Source of the DNA: a virus
Taxonomy: Duplodnaviria > Caudoviricetes
Length of the DNA stretch: 63,449 nt
Virus record (IMG/VR): IMGVR_UViG_3300009161_000047
Location: 1-63,449 of that record
Reading direction: 5' to 3' (one strand)
Shown here piece by piece: positions 62,976 to 63,449 of the stretch. The translations under genes were made by a program, and so were the position numbers. How positions within the stretch are numbered: the stretch's first letter is position 1; each line of letters starts with the position of its first letter. Below the pieces are notes generated by a model. It worked only from the letters and a program-made list of their open reading frames with translations, was not told where the DNA came from and made no database searches.

Positions 62976-63449
62976 ATGAATTTCGCAGATCTAAAGAAGA
63001 AGACAAAGAATAATCTAGATAATCTAGTAGCCGAATTAGAAAAGATGTCTACAGGTACTAACAAGTATCAAGACAATCGATTTTGGTCGGTTCCGATGGA
63101 CGAAAAGACAGGAAATGGCACTGCTCTAATCCGATTACTTCCGGCGGGACGAAACGATAAATTGCCTTGGGTTTCAGTTTATTCGCATGCATTCCAAGGA
63201 CCTGGTGGTTGGTATATTGAGAATTCTTTAACCACAATTGGTAAGCAAGATCCGATTGGTGAGACCAACCAAGAACTTTGGGCCACTGGTATCGAAGCGA
63301 ATAAAGAAATCGTTCGCAAGCGTAAACGAAAGCAACAATATATTTCTAACATTTATGTGATTTCGGATCCTAAGAATCCACAGAATGAAGGAAAGGTGAT
63401 GTTGTTTAAGTATGGCAAGAAGATCTTTGAGAAGATTCAAGAATCAATG
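62976..63449 (+). CDS. 32: Single-stranded DNA-binding protein gp32 (3' truncated; not in ORF track)
   Basis: MNFADLKK...DNRFW...GNGTALIRLLP...LPWV..YSHAFQGPGGWYIENSLTT.G..DP...RKRKRK..YISNIYV.SDP.NPQNEGKV.LFKYGKKIF. Confidence 0.96.
   Translation, partial: MNFADLKKKTKNNLDNLVAELEKMSTGTNKYQDNRFWSVPMDEKTGNGTALIRLLPAGRNDKLPWVSVYSHAFQGPGGWYIENSLTTIGKQDPIGETNQELWATGIEANKEIVRKRKRKQQYISNIYVISDPKNPQNEGKVMLFKYGKKIFEKIQESM

Noticed and set aside
1-63449. Stop-codon reassignment or inteins
   Set aside because: Core genes translate full-length in the standard code at expected sizes; no suppressor tRNA; no intein-sized insertions in gp44, ligase, PhoH or UvsW.

Overview
A 63.4 kb AT-rich fragment of a T4-like myovirus genome (gene content resembles marine/freshwater T4-likes rather than coliphage T4). 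Left to right: replication genes (gp45 3' part, gp44, gp62, regA); a minus-strand virion block (two probable internal head proteins, gp3, a 2529-aa tail fibre with a C-terminal chaperone, a VrlC/DUF4815-like protein, gp8, gp7, gp6, gp25, gp5, gp27-like, gp53, gp48, gp4); a plus-strand gp54-gp26-gp51-tape measure block; an accessory region (TET/JBP-like dioxygenase plus glycosyltransferase, two secreted host-like proteins, dCMP deaminase, cyclic-phosphate receiver-like protein, two tRNAs, DNA ligase); a divergent early region with three hexapeptide-repeat paralogues, a metallopeptidase-VWA gene and a MoxR/CobS-like AAA+ ATPase; then phoH, exonuclease, uvsY, two GIY-YIG/NUMOD3 homing endonucleases, uvsW, gp33, gp59 and gp32 (5' part). 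Signals not in the ORF track: a -1 slippery site able to fuse gp26 to gp51; nine sigma70-type promoters placed to make leaderless mRNAs; repeated palindromic IHF-like elements around a possible origin; a long-variable-arm tRNA-Thr with a compensatory A19-U56 pair; a 52-aa Cys-rich peptide between the tRNAs; a 43-bp promoter duplicated in inverted orientation 6.7 kb apart; and a duplicated uvsW start around a homing endonuclease. All protein calls come from motif recognition and synteny by eye; no database searches were run.
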